Shown in pieces: positions 27,101-38,889 of a DNA stretch of 64,000 nucleotides. A program made the position numbers and the translations under genes. This stretch comes from Nemertoderma westbladi (lineage: Eukaryota > Animalia > Xenacoelomorpha). The first letter of the stretch is position 1. The number at the start of each line of letters is the position of its first letter. The notes below the pieces were generated by a model that was not told the DNA's origin, did not search any database, and saw only the letters and a program-made list of their open reading frames with translations. The DNA is taken from positions 62,001 through 126,000 of the forward strand of contig JAUCBJ010007179.1 of assembly GCA_032718475.1 (NCBI GenBank). The letters run 5' to 3'.

Positions 27101-28087
27101 TGGATAACTAAATAATCATTATCGGAACATGTAATACTAAATAATAGATCGGAACATGTATTACTAAATAATAGATCGGAACATGGATAACTAAATAATA
27201 GATCGGAACATGTATTACTAAATAATAGATCGGAACATGTATTACTAAATAATCATTATCGGAACATGTATTACTAAATAATAGATCGGAACATGTATTA
27301 CTAAATAATAGATCGGAACAGGGATTACTAAATAATAGATCGGAACATGGATAACTAAATAATCATTATCGGAACATGTATTACTAAATAATAGATCGGA
27401 ACATGGATAACTAAATAATAGATCGGAACATGGATAACTAAATAATCATTATCGGAACATGTATTACTAAATAATAGATCGGAACATGTATTACTAAATA
27501 ATCATTATCGGAACATGTATTACTAAATAATAGATCGGAACATGGATAACTAAATAATAGATCGGAACATGGATAACTAAATAATCATTATCGGAACATG
27601 TATTACTAAATAATAGATCGGAACATGGATTACTAAATAATAGATCGGAACATGGATAACTAAATAATCATTATCGGAACATGTATTACTAAATAATAGA
27701 TCGGAACATGGATAACTAAATAATAGATCGGAACATGGATAACTAAATAATCATTATCGGAACATGTATTACTAAATAATAGATCGGAACATGTATTACT
27801 AAATAATAGATCGGAACATGGATAACTAAATAATCATTATCGGAACATGTATTACTAAATAATAGATCGGAACATGTATTACTAAATAATCATTATCGGA
27901 ACATGTATTACTAAATAATAGATCGGAACATGGATAACTAAATAATAGATCGGAACATGGATAACTAAATAATCATTATCGGAACATGTATTACTAAATA
28001 ATAGATCGGAACATGGATTACTAAATAATAGATCGGAACATGGATAACTAAATAATCATTATCGGAACATGTATTACTAAATAATAG
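21186..28087. repeat. 27-bp satellite array, block 1 (GGAACATG(T/G)ATTACTAAATAATAGATC; 29-bp variant ..AATCATTATC)
   Basis: Directly visible periodicity, ~250 units. Confidence 0.98.
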
Positions 28088-29329
28088 TGTAAAAGCTTCT
28101 GTGGGATATAACTGGCCCCTTTTGCTTCGCAATCCAGTTTCCCCCAGGCGCTGGAATACTCTAAAAAGGTTTTCTAACTGTATATATATTCCCCTCGCCC
28201 GCAAGGTACCTTTACAGGTGTTTTAACGGACATAAAAATCATTCTGCTATATACGTATTTTGGCGGACATGGTAAGGCAAAAACTTGTAATGCACCAACT
28301 ACCTTTCACAGCTTAGCCGTGATGATTCATATTACGACATCTAGCAGCTGGTTGCTGACATGGAAACAGCCATTGGACGCGTGGTTCTTTGTTTGGCTTG
28401 GGCCAATCAGGGCGGTTTTTCCTGTCGACGTGTAGCTTTTAGTCGATCATAAGGAGAGTGTTCAGTCTTACTGCTTTTACTTGATACTTTGTTGTTATTG
28501 CTGTCTAAGCCAGAAACACCGGCTTTTTGGTAAGAACTCTAGTAAACTGCTTAGATTATAGAAAGTATAACTGTTACCGGCGGCGGTGTTACCTCACTTA
28601 ATTTAACTGCACTAATCATATTGTTTGTACTGCTATTTACCGTCAGTTATTAATTGTATCTATTTGTTGATGGAAATATTGCTCTTTGGAGAATACGGAT
28701 AAATCACCCAAAATTCCCAATTTTCTTGATACACTACAGGTTAGAGAGGCGGGCTATATATAACAATTGCGATTTATATCAATGTGGTGTGTATTGAATC
28801 TAATGTTATTTAGTAGACACTACCTGAGTCAATTGCTGTTCTCTTTATGTGTGATCAAATATACTGACGGTCGGCAGAATAGTGTGCATGATTGTGAGTG
28901 TGATGTGACTGGTAACAAAGCATTTCCTAAAGAATGCGACTTATACTTTAATCATAAGCCTTATCGTTGCGTTTAGTATAAGTCCTAGCTCTGTTTAAAT
29001 AGATAGAGCGCCACGTCCTAAAGGAACTGTTAATATTTCCCGAAAGTTAATAATATCTGTCAGAAATTACATATTACTGTATTAGTGATCTATCGAATAA
29101 TACAATAGGTTTACACTGCAACCTTACACTGCAATAATAAAATCTAAGCATCCGAATTCAGCCTCCCGGGTGTAGATCCATCGGGTGAATGATCGCGCAT
29201 GGGCTGGCTTCGGCTAATGTTTTGTTTATTAGCATAAAATATTGTCGTATGCTAAAGGTGTGTTAATTAACTAAAAGACATATAAATTTTGGCAGGTTAA
29301 ACTGCTAAAGGTCTTCAAAAGCGCGAACA
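28088..29329 (+). repeat. 5' LTR of element 1 (1242 bp, TGT...ACA)
   Basis: No differences from 37702-38889 spotted by eye. End placed by homology to the TSD-defined end of element 2 (AAAAGCGCG(A/T)ACA). Confidence 0.9.
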
Positions 29330-29339
29330 GTAACAGTTA
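29330..29339 (+). promoter_or_regulatory. Non-tRNA primer-binding site of element 1 (GTAACAGTTA)
   Basis: Abuts the LTR, has no TGG, and is the perfect reverse complement of LTR positions 28568-28577 (TAACTGTTAC). Confidence 0.7.
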
Positions 29340-31604
29340 GTTAATCTTATTGCAGTAGGCAATAAGGTTGCAAGTGTAGGCATTAAATACAGTTTAATAC
29401 TGTTCTGTCGAACAGTAACAGTTTACAATCTTATTGCAGTAGGCAATAAGGTTGCAAAATACCGTAGTGACTGGTAAAACTGAACCGGTGCTTCTGTAGG
29501 TCAGTAGGCCTAACTGTCATCACCGGTACCGGTACTGCTGTACAAGTACATTTAGTATTATTCGATTTTGATTATTGTATACCGGTAGGTCTCGATATTA
29601 AATCGGGGACGCCTGGTTTTTATTGGGATTTTACTTAGGTCTATTTCTGTCAGTTTTATTTACTAGTAGGCTAATATTGAGCAGAAGGCGTGTGACCCTG
29701 CTCAGATTGTTCAGATAATTGTAGGCTGAGCTGCTGTCTGACTGTTGTTGAGTTTGGAGAGATTACGGCGTGTGTAGAGTTTGTCTGATAAAGTGCCGTT
29801 AGTAAGTTGGGGCAGCCATATGCTGAAGGTCAATCCCCTCTTAAAGAATAAGTCGTACTACCGTGTTAGAACGCATACTAACTAACAGTTTCAGAGTCTG
29901 CATATACTGTAGTTTATTTAGGCTTGATCGTAGTCTGCCAGTGTTTTAGCCTGTGTTTGTTTGTGTGGTCTGTTCAGGTACCGTAATAGTTATTACTCAG
30001 ATATTTTGTAGGCTGGATTGTTGTCTAGCTATTTTTAGGTCTGAAGGGATTGCTGCGTGTGTAGAGTTGGTCTGATCAAGTGCCGTTAGTAAGTTGGGGC
30101 AGCCATAAGCGGTAAGGTCAATCCCCTCTTAAAGAGTAAGTCGTACTACCGTGTTAGAACGCATACTAACTAACAGTTTCAGAATCTGCACATACTGTAG
30201 TTTGTTTAGGCTTGATAGTAGTTTGCCAGCGTTTGGTTTGTATTTGTTTGAGTATTCTGTACGGGTAGCGTAATATTTATTATTCAGAGTTTATGCGATT
30301 ATTCGCAACATTCATGTCCCCAAGTTTATTCCTACAGTAATTGTGCTTGTTATACATACCGTTATAGTTAAACTAACCCCGGTACTACATCAGGGCTGCT
30401 TGGCGTAGGTAAAGACTGACGACTTTGTGCTTCGGTCACTCCAGCAGATGCCGTGGTTCTTTTAACTGTTCAAGTATATTTAACTACTGATTATTTGTTA
30501 TACCGGTACTTGTACCTAATTTAGGGTTTAGTGTACAGTGCTTTCCGAAGTAATTAGTGTAGGCAGTATATTTGTGTTGTAAAGTGGTTGATAGGCACAT
30601 TCGTTAGCTCTATTAGCTTCTGGGTAGGAACAATCCGTGATACATAACGTTGTACCTATAGCGATACGGTTATAGGTCGTCAGGCGGTGGTATTTTCCTA
30701 TCTGGACAACGCAGTGTATTTACTACTACTTATTATTTTCAAATACCGTAGTACCCTGTTCATTGTAATAACCAGAATTCTAACCCTTTGTTAGGCTGGT
30801 TTGTAGACTTCCTGTAAAATTACCCTAAAAATTTCGTACGTAATATTTTTGTTGTGTTTAATTAGAGAATTAATCTCACCCGTATCGTAAGTAATTTGTA
30901 GTATTAAGTAACTTAGGTAAATTAGAATTATCAGTTTTAGTGTCAAATAAATAGCACTTCACTGAGAGGCGTTCAGCTTCTGTGTAGTGACTCCCCCAGA
31001 AATAATAACATTTATTTCAAATATTGACAAAAACCCATTTTAAACGGGTATATAAATATTATAAATCAACTCAAACGATTTATAAATAGTAGGCCTGCCA
31101 TACAACAACTAGGTCTCAATATCAGTTGGACTACTGCTTAAATAACGGTAATAAAGTAAGTTAAAGTAACCAAGTAACCCTAAAATATTCAGAAATTCAA
31201 TTATTCTAAAATAATTGACATACCAGTATTTACCATAGGCTTATTATATTTATTTCTATAAATTTGAGCTGAAATCATACCGGTACTCTGTAATTAATTC
31301 TAGTTCATAATTATACTTATATATACTATAAGTGTAAGCTGTATACCGGTATTCACTATAGGCCTATTATATATTTATATATATTTGTGCTAAATTTATA
31401 TACCGGTACTCTGTGACAAATCTCGTCTGTAATAATACTTATATATACTATAAGCATACCGGTATTCTAATATATTATATATATATATCACGCTACATTG
31501 AGTAGCAGTATCGGTAATTAATTATTAGGCTAGCAGTGATACTGAATTACTAGACTTGCTTTAACTGTATATATAGCAGTAGGCATCCAACTGTATAAAG
31601 CGAA

Positions 31605-34600
31605 ATGTCTGACACAACACAAACATTGTCAGATAGTCTCTTAGAGGGTTTTAGAATGAGTCGTCGACTTGGACAGTGTCTTGAAAGGAGAGAAGACAGA
31701 AAAGCGGCAGAGGCAGTGGCAGAAGCAGAACGGAAGACGTCTGAAGCGACTATCCAACTAGAGCTGGAAAACCTTCAGGCGAAACAAGATTACTTGAAGA
31801 AACAAACCAGAAGACTACCTGTGCCCAGTAGGACTGTTCCCGAGTCCGAACCCGTCCTGGACGCCGAGCGAGGTATCAAGAATTTATCGCCCGTCGTCTC
31901 TCGCTCGCCCGCTACTACGTTGGCGACTCCCGCTTCGGCGGTTGAGTGGGTAGCTGAGGGACGACGGGAGATGGGTCTCCTGCTCGAGCAGCTGAGGGAA
32001 CACTGTTTGCGCTCCTCTCAGCAGGTCAGGGAAATGGAAGAGACGGTTCAGCAGCTCAAGGGAACAGTAAGGGAAAGTAGGTTAGAGTTGCAAAAAGTGC
32101 AGCAAAGTATCGCACTAGAATGCGACAAATTAGTCAACCTACAAAAGGGAATACCAATAACCCCTGTAACAGTGTGTCAGCCTGTTAGGTCTGAAGTATT
32201 ACATGCGCAAGGTGTGGAGCCTACACGCATCTATACTGCTAGTGAAGTAGAAACTCCTATAGCAAACCCTATTAAGGGTGATTATACGCCTGTTGTTAAT
32301 GACATTCCCAATAGACTTGATAATAATTCGAGAAATTTATATACCGATAACTCGATATTCAATAACACGATGGCCCAAGAAAGTTTTACGCGTCAAATGG
32401 CTAGAACCGAAGCCCGTCAAGCGGTAAAGGTTGGAGAGATAGTCAAGTTCAATGGAGATGAGATGAAATGGTTACCTTTTAATGAATATTATAAAGATAA
32501 CATACAGAACTCTGTGTTATCCAACGGAGAGAAACTTAGATTCCTCATCGAGTGCTTGGAAGGACCTCCCAAGTCAATGGCGTTAAAATTTATTGGACAT
32601 CCAGATGGATTAAGACAAGTTTGGGATACACTAAACATCAGGTATGGTAATAGGAATAACATAGCTAGGTATTTATATGCGAAATTAATGGCCCCCCGAA
32701 AGTTTCTTAGCAGCGGGATTATAGAGTTTTCCGATGAGATTCAGGAGATCTGTAGACAACTAGATTGGTTAGGTAAGTCTCATGAATACCAGAATTCTAT
32801 GGTTGTAGGAGCCTTAGCATCTACTTTGCCCAAGGGTGGAGTAGGTACACGCTGGGACAAGAAGGTGTTATATACGATGGAACAACAACAACGAGACCCT
32901 ACCATGGCTGATCTCATGTCATTCTTGGATGGCGAAGTGAAATTACAACTCCTAAAGCAATCCAGAGAGAAAACACCGGAAAATAAGGTAAGTGAGAAAC
33001 CCGTTTCTAGGAGAAGAGTAACACCGGTGTGTTATACTGATGACGGCGAAAGCCAAGCTTCTCAAGAAGAAGACAGCGGGAAAGACACCGAGAAATTTTA
33101 CTATGTTAACAAGACCTCAAAGGACGTAAGTAAATCTAAAGCTCGAACCCATGACAGGAGAGAACAGGTTGCTAAGACTCCTCTTCAGTTTCTTCAGTTT
33201 CCTAACAGAGTACACGGAAGAAAGCCCGAAGAAAGAACTAGAGTGCATAACGTCACCCAAAATAAGGCGAGTAACATTAAACCCAACTGTGCGCTGTGCG
33301 ACGGGCCCCACCGTTTGAGTGTGTGTGCGGAATTCCTAAAGAAATCCCTTGTAGACAGACGTACAGTTGTGTGGGACAAGCGGTTATGCTATAATTGCCT
33401 CAGACGCGGACACCAGCGGCGAACCTGTTACTCTGACATAAAGTGTGCAAAGTGCGGTGCGAAACATCACATCTTGTTACAAAGTGAATTCGAACGAAAC
33501 AGCCCGAGTCAGGTAAGTGAGCCCAAATCACATGTCCAATTCAGTGATGAGAACGACACTGACCAAAGTTCTGAGTGGGAAGGATTCTATACGGACGAAT
33601 TCTCCGACGCCAACGAATCCTGTTACCTAATAAATACCGCAGTGTATCGAGCACTTACTTACGAAAAAGACACCACCAATGAGTTTCCCCCAACTACTTT
33701 TGACAAACCACCATCTTGGAAAACTCCAACTTCCAATGTAGGAATCAGAGAATTTCCTGTAGTGCAGGTAAGAGTTCACGGTCCCAACAAAAGTTACATA
33801 GTGAACGCACTCCTTGACTCCGGCAGCACAGGAACATTCATCGATCAAGAACTAGCCGAAGATATCTTTGCTGGACAACCCAAATTCCAAACTAAGTTGA
33901 ATATGTCCGGAATTATGCAGGTTTGGAAATCTACCATAACGGCAGATTACTATGTAGGTGCGTTGTCCACCCCCCAGGATAAATTAGGAGCACAAAGTAT
34001 AAGGTCAGTAAAAATGGTGGCTATAAAGAACTTCGCTACTACCCAAGCAGACCTTTATAATTGGGACGAGGATGAGAGCATCCAACATCTTAAGATACCT
34101 CGATTCCAGACGGATTATCCTGGAGTGCAAATACTTATCGGCCAAAACGCGCACGAGGCGCTCGAGACATTGGAAAAACGACCTGCTCAACCGCAGCCAC
34201 TACAAACCTATGCGGTAAGAACTAGAGTAGGTTGGTACTTTACTGGCCCTTCCCGCAGAACTCTCGAAGAGAGACTACCATCAGAAAGACTATACCAGAT
34301 AAATGGTTTGGAAGTGGAGAGCAGTGAAGTGGACGAACTAACTGAGGGAACACCATACTCCTCAGATAATGACGATATTAACTCCAATGAAGATCAATGG
34401 AGACATCGCCCCGAGATGATTAATCTAGCCGACATCGCTTCCAGAGGAGCGACTCCTCAAGAACGGATAGATACTCCCGGCTGGTTAGGTGGACCCGACT
34501 CCCTAAGTAAAGAAGAAGATGAATGGCCTCCTCATCTTATCACGGCGGAGAGTAGACAGGCCAAGGGAGCGGAGAAAGTAACACGACAACCCAATCACCC

Positions 34601-34721
34601 AGCTGGTCGTTTATGTTTACTGGAAAGAGACCAAAAACTGTCCGGAAACTATGGAAGGCAAGATACTCTTCCTACGACCACTTCCCTAATCCGACAAATA
34701 TCTAGGGACTCCATAACGTAA
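31605..34721 (+). CDS. gag: Gag-protease polyprotein (1038 aa) with short in-frame remnants of the RNase H-end and integrase-end regions
   Basis: KFNGDEMKW (DUF1759-like), three Pao Cys-His knuckles (CALCDGPHRLSVC, CYNCLRRGHQRRTC, CAKCGAKHHILL), protease LLDSGSTGTF, then fused DQWRH..ADIASRG and GRLCLLE pieces. No stops. Confidence 0.9.
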   Translation: MSDTTQTLSDSLLEGFRMSRRLGQCLERREDRKAAEAVAEAERKTSEATIQLELENLQAKQDYLKKQTRRLPVPSRTVPESEPVLDAERGIKNLSPVVSRSPATTLATPASAVEWVAEGRREMGLLLEQLREHCLRSSQQVREMEETVQQLKGTVRESRLELQKVQQSIALECDKLVNLQKGIPITPVTVCQPVRSEVLHAQGVEPTRIYTASEVETPIANPIKGDYTPVVNDIPNRLDNNSRNLYTDNSIFNNTMAQESFTRQMARTEARQAVKVGEIVKFNGDEMKWLPFNEYYKDNIQNSVLSNGEKLRFLIECLEGPPKSMALKFIGHPDGLRQVWDTLNIRYGNRNNIARYLYAKLMAPRKFLSSGIIEFSDEIQEICRQLDWLGKSHEYQNSMVVGALASTLPKGGVGTRWDKKVLYTMEQQQRDPTMADLMSFLDGEVKLQLLKQSREKTPENKVSEKPVSRRRVTPVCYTDDGESQASQEEDSGKDTEKFYYVNKTSKDVSKSKARTHDRREQVAKTPLQFLQFPNRVHGRKPEERTRVHNVTQNKASNIKPNCALCDGPHRLSVCAEFLKKSLVDRRTVVWDKRLCYNCLRRGHQRRTCYSDIKCAKCGAKHHILLQSEFERNSPSQVSEPKSHVQFSDENDTDQSSEWEGFYTDEFSDANESCYLINTAVYRALTYEKDTTNEFPPTTFDKPPSWKTPTSNVGIREFPVVQVRVHGPNKSYIVNALLDSGSTGTFIDQELAEDIFAGQPKFQTKLNMSGIMQVWKSTITADYYVGALSTPQDKLGAQSIRSVKMVAIKNFATTQADLYNWDEDESIQHLKIPRFQTDYPGVQILIGQNAHEALETLEKRPAQPQPLQTYAVRTRVGWYFTGPSRRTLEERLPSERLYQINGLEVESSEVDELTEGTPYSSDNDDINSNEDQWRHRPEMINLADIASRGATPQERIDTPGWLGGPDSLSKEEDEWPPHLITAESRQAKGAEKVTRQPNHPAGRLCLLERDQKLSGNYGRQDTLPTTTSLIRQISRDSIT

Positions 34722-36334
34722 TAACATATGGAGTGGGTGTGTGACTATATCATTTTATATTTGTTTTTATTTTATATTTATGTATGTATTATTATGTACT
34801 TTATTATAATCGTTTTATTTAATTTTATTTAGTGGAATGTTATTTAGATTATTTAGTAGATTAGTGCAATATATTAGTGTTTATTACGTAATTACATAAT
34901 ATATCTAGTGCGACGGCGAGAAATAATTCTTTTCTCTTTCCTTACTGTCCGTGTTATATTATAAATGCGAGACTATAGTAAGATGACATGTCCGTACTTC
35001 TTAAAGTACAATAAAGCCACTACTATATTTAAGTATTATTGGTAGGCAGAGTATTAGGAATGCAAAGTTCAGATCCTCGTGTCTCGGCTAAACCAAGCTC
35101 TGGGTAGACCTTGGAAACGACTTGCCTCTTCACACTGACATTGCTTCGTGCGATATTGCTCTTCTACCTTATAACAAATAATACATATAGTAGCGTGATG
35201 TCCCTCTAACAGTAGCGTAAATCGCAAATAAAGCTGTTAAACTTTTGACCATCTGTAATTCTAGTCGATTAAGATATCGTGGCACCCACCGATATACTTG
35301 AAAGACATATTCTAGAATCAGTGGTTAACGTCCCCAGACAAGTTCTGGAATAAATCGGTGCCCATCCAAAATATTAATTTAATATTTATTAAAATCTGTA
35401 AAATTCCGATCCTTTAAAATTTCTAGTCAATTAAGATATCGCAGCACTTACCGATACTCTTAAAAAGACAAATTTCATAGAATTCAGGATCCTATGTCCC
35501 CAGACCTGCTCTGGAATCAAATTGTGTCAATTTTAACATCAAATAATAAAATTCACGGGAATAAATTTAAATTCATATTCAAATGAATTTCATAAATTGT
35601 CATTTTGTGCAATTTACAACATTCCCAAAATTCCAGTAATTAATAGATCATGGGAGCGGAGATTCATATTGAGTGTACTAGAGTGTGAGAATCTCCAACA
35701 TATAGTCAATAGCCGATAAAATTTATAAAATCATGCATAAAGAGGATATTGACAAATTAAAGAATTACTATTAAATAACATCCCAGATCTGTATACATGA
35801 GAATTGCCCTAATTCTACCGCTAGTTTTCCATAATGTCACCATGGCAACACCCACGCTAGAATTAGAAGCAAGTTAAAGGAACAATAAAAGCTTGCCCCA
35901 TTGCGTAGCATAAGAGTATACATAGCGCACTATTAGTATCCAAGGATACATAGTAATAACGTGACATTCTGGAAGACACTGACTAACGGACAAATGGCAT
36001 GCATGTGTGCAGTAAGTAATGATTGTATGGAATTTGTGCGTTTATAGGTGAATGTTACTACTAAAGTGTGTTTACAGTAGCTAATCGCAATTGTAAAGTA
36101 GCCCTAACTCTACCGAGATAACCTCAAGTGGAATCAAGCCTTTGGGACGGACAGTGGTGGGACTTGTGTCGATTATCGTTGTCGTGCTGTTGCTACATGT
36201 TGGCGCAAACACTGCGACAGCGGTACATCGGCGCTGAGAAACCCACTGTCCGGGGGCAAAAGCCTAGTAGGCAGCGACGCCCGCTTGCCTAAAATATTAA
36301 CTTATATTGATATTAATAAACTCAGATAACAGAT

Positions 36335-37623
36335 ATGACGGAATTGATAGAAGATGACCTTGGTATCAGGGAGCGATATACTCTACCTTTACAAGCGTTT
36401 GTGGATAGCTTGATACGCGGTGAAGCCGATCCGACTATTACGGAGGACGATGGTCGTTATATCGAACCGCCGATGTCCCAGGAACAACTTACGCGTGAAT
36501 TGGACTATAGAAAATTCACCGCTCGCTATACGAATCGTAATGGTACGTATATGGACTTCTTAACTACTGGCCATCCTATCGATTTACATGATACGGACGA
36601 TGTAGACACCGAAAGGGAAATGGTTCTATTTAAATATCATACCCAGCGGCGTCGTAACGATAAACCGAGAATAGATCACGAAAATTCTATTCGTAACAGA
36701 CTGGGAAGACGAACCAATATGTCTAGAATCTGAGGAGATTCAGCCTATCGCGCTCGGAACAGCGACAACGATTACATCCTAGAATGGTATCAAAGTCCAC
36801 AGTGTCTCACTGCGTACGATTATCGCCATGCCAACTATGTTTCTCGGCAACGTTGTCGGTTATGCGCATCGAGAGACCATGTTACGCCCATGGACACAAA
36901 CGTCCGCTGTTCCTATTTCCACGAACAACCGGCGATGGAAATTTATTGAGCGTATTGCAGATTTAATAATTTGCATATTTTTGCGGTTTGCCCTCAATTT
37001 ATGACTCAATGTCACCACTGTCCACTAAAGGGACACGCCAGTTTCGATTGCCCTTTTAATCGCGATTTGGAAAGCGTAGATGAAATGATCACACTACGTT
37101 ACATTAGAGCTTGGGAAGCGAACGCTGATTTACATCGTGATTCGCGCCATCGCTATTATCCTGGACGCGCTTACGAAGGAATTTATGCGTTCCATCCTTA
37201 TCTATTCGCTTCTGTCGAACAGAAATCACGCATATCGAGTTACAGGAAGTATATCGATGGCCTTACGAGTACCGAGCCCGCGAACGCGAGTTGGAAAAAA
37301 CCATTAAACCAAGGAAGTTTCTAACTGCCTATGGTCCACCCACGGCCCTCATTCAGACCACTCGTAAAGGACCCGTAAGAGCGGCTGTCTTGAAACGAGC
37401 TCTCAAAGCCGTTAGACCCCTCTCCCCCGACGTTGATGTCAATCAACTCGGCACTTCGACTGGCGGATACACCGACCATAATCCTATACCCTCTGATGCA
37501 ATCATGTTGCACCCTTCACCCATGAGTTATAGCCCTCCTTGTAAAGTGGCTCGCCCCAAAGAGAAAAAGACTCTGGCTAGCTTTAAAAAACTGCGTAAAC
37601 GCCGTCCGCGCATGAAAGACTAA
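36335..37623 (+). pseudogene. Deleted and frameshifted remnant of ORF3
   Basis: Matches the N-terminus (56478-56850) joined to the C-terminal part (59645-60726) of element 2 ORF3. The exonuclease region is missing; several frameshifts and a stop. Confidence 0.9.
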
Positions 37624-37701
37624 CTGTTTAGAGTATTTTCGTATTTGAGAAACTGTGATTTTGTATATTTTATAGACTTAAATCCCATTTTCTGGGAGCG
37701 G

Positions 37702-38889
37702 TGTAAAAGCTTCTGTGGGATATAACTGGCCCCTTTTGCTTCGCAATCCAGTTTCCCCCAGGCGCTGGAATACTCTAAAAAGGTTTTCTAACTGTATATA
37801 TATTCCCCTCGCCCGCAAGGTACCTTTACAGGTGTTTTAACGGACATAAAAATCATTCTGCTATATACGTATTTTGGCGGACATGGTAAGGCAAAAACTT
37901 GTAATGCACCAACTACCTTTCACAGCTTAGCCGTGATGATTCATATTACGACATCTAGCAGCTGGTTGCTGACATGGAAACAGCCATTGGACGCGTGGTT
38001 CTTTGTTTGGCTTGGGCCAATCAGGGCGGTTTTTCCTGTCGACGTGTAGCTTTTAGTCGATCATAAGGAGAGTGTTCAGTCTTACTGCTTTTACTTGATA
38101 CTTTGTTGTTATTGCTGTCTAAGCCAGAAACACCGGCTTTTTGGTAAGAACTCTAGTAAACTGCTTAGATTATAGAAAGTATAACTGTTACCGGCGGCGG
38201 TGTTACCTCACTTAATTTAACTGCACTAATCATATTGTTTGTACTGCTATTTACCGTCAGTTATTAATTGTATCTATTTGTTGATGGAAATATTGCTCTT
38301 TGGAGAATACGGATAAATCACCCAAAATTCCCAATTTTCTTGATACACTACAGGTTAGAGAGGCGGGCTATATATAACAATTGCGATTTATATCAATGTG
38401 GTGTGTATTGAATCTAATGTTATTTAGTAGACACTACCTGAGTCAATTGCTGTTCTCTTTATGTGTGATCAAATATACTGACGGTCGGCAGAATAGTGTG
38501 CATGATTGTGAGTGTGATGTGACTGGTAACAAAGCATTTCCTAAAGAATGCGACTTATACTTTAATCATAAGCCTTATCGTTGCGTTTAGTATAAGTCCT
38601 AGCTCTGTTTAAATAGATAGAGCGCCACGTCCTAAAGGAACTGTTAATATTTCCCGAAAGTTAATAATATCTGTCAGAAATTACATATTACTGTATTAGT
38701 GATCTATCGAATAATACAATAGGTTTACACTGCAACCTTACACTGCAATAATAAAATCTAAGCATCCGAATTCAGCCTCCCGGGTGTAGATCCATCGGGT
38801 GAATGATCGCGCATGGGCTGGCTTCGGCTAATGTTTTGTTTATTAGCATAAAATATTGTCGTATGCTAAAGGTGTGTTAATTAACTAAA
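37702..38889 (+). repeat. 3' LTR of element 1, lacking the last 54 bp
   Basis: Matches 28088-29275, then joins satellite directly. Preceded by PPT-like TGGGAGCGG at 37693-37701. Confidence 0.92.

Larger units (their letters stand above)
28088..38889 (+). mobile_element. BEL/Pao LTR retrotransposon, non-autonomous deletion derivative (element 1, 10.8 kb)
   Basis: Two LTRs starting TGTAAAAGC, 9614 bp apart; Pao-type Gag and protease; RT, most of RNase H and integrase absent relative to element 2. Confidence 0.93.

Noticed and set aside
28767-28976. Short ORFs within the LTRs (also 38381, 43238, 43499, 60818)
   Set aside because: Non-ATG starts or frames not conserved between the two elements; they repeat only because the LTRs repeat.
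28720-29300. Splice-acceptor-like sites inside the LTR (CACTACAG|G, TTTTGGCAG|G)
   Set aside because: Conserved in both elements, but no matching conserved donor could be assigned and there is no transcript evidence.
29276-29329. The 54 bp missing from the 3' LTR of element 1 equals two satellite monomers
   Set aside because: The satellite resumes in a different phase than a clean 2-monomer replacement would give; probably coincidence.
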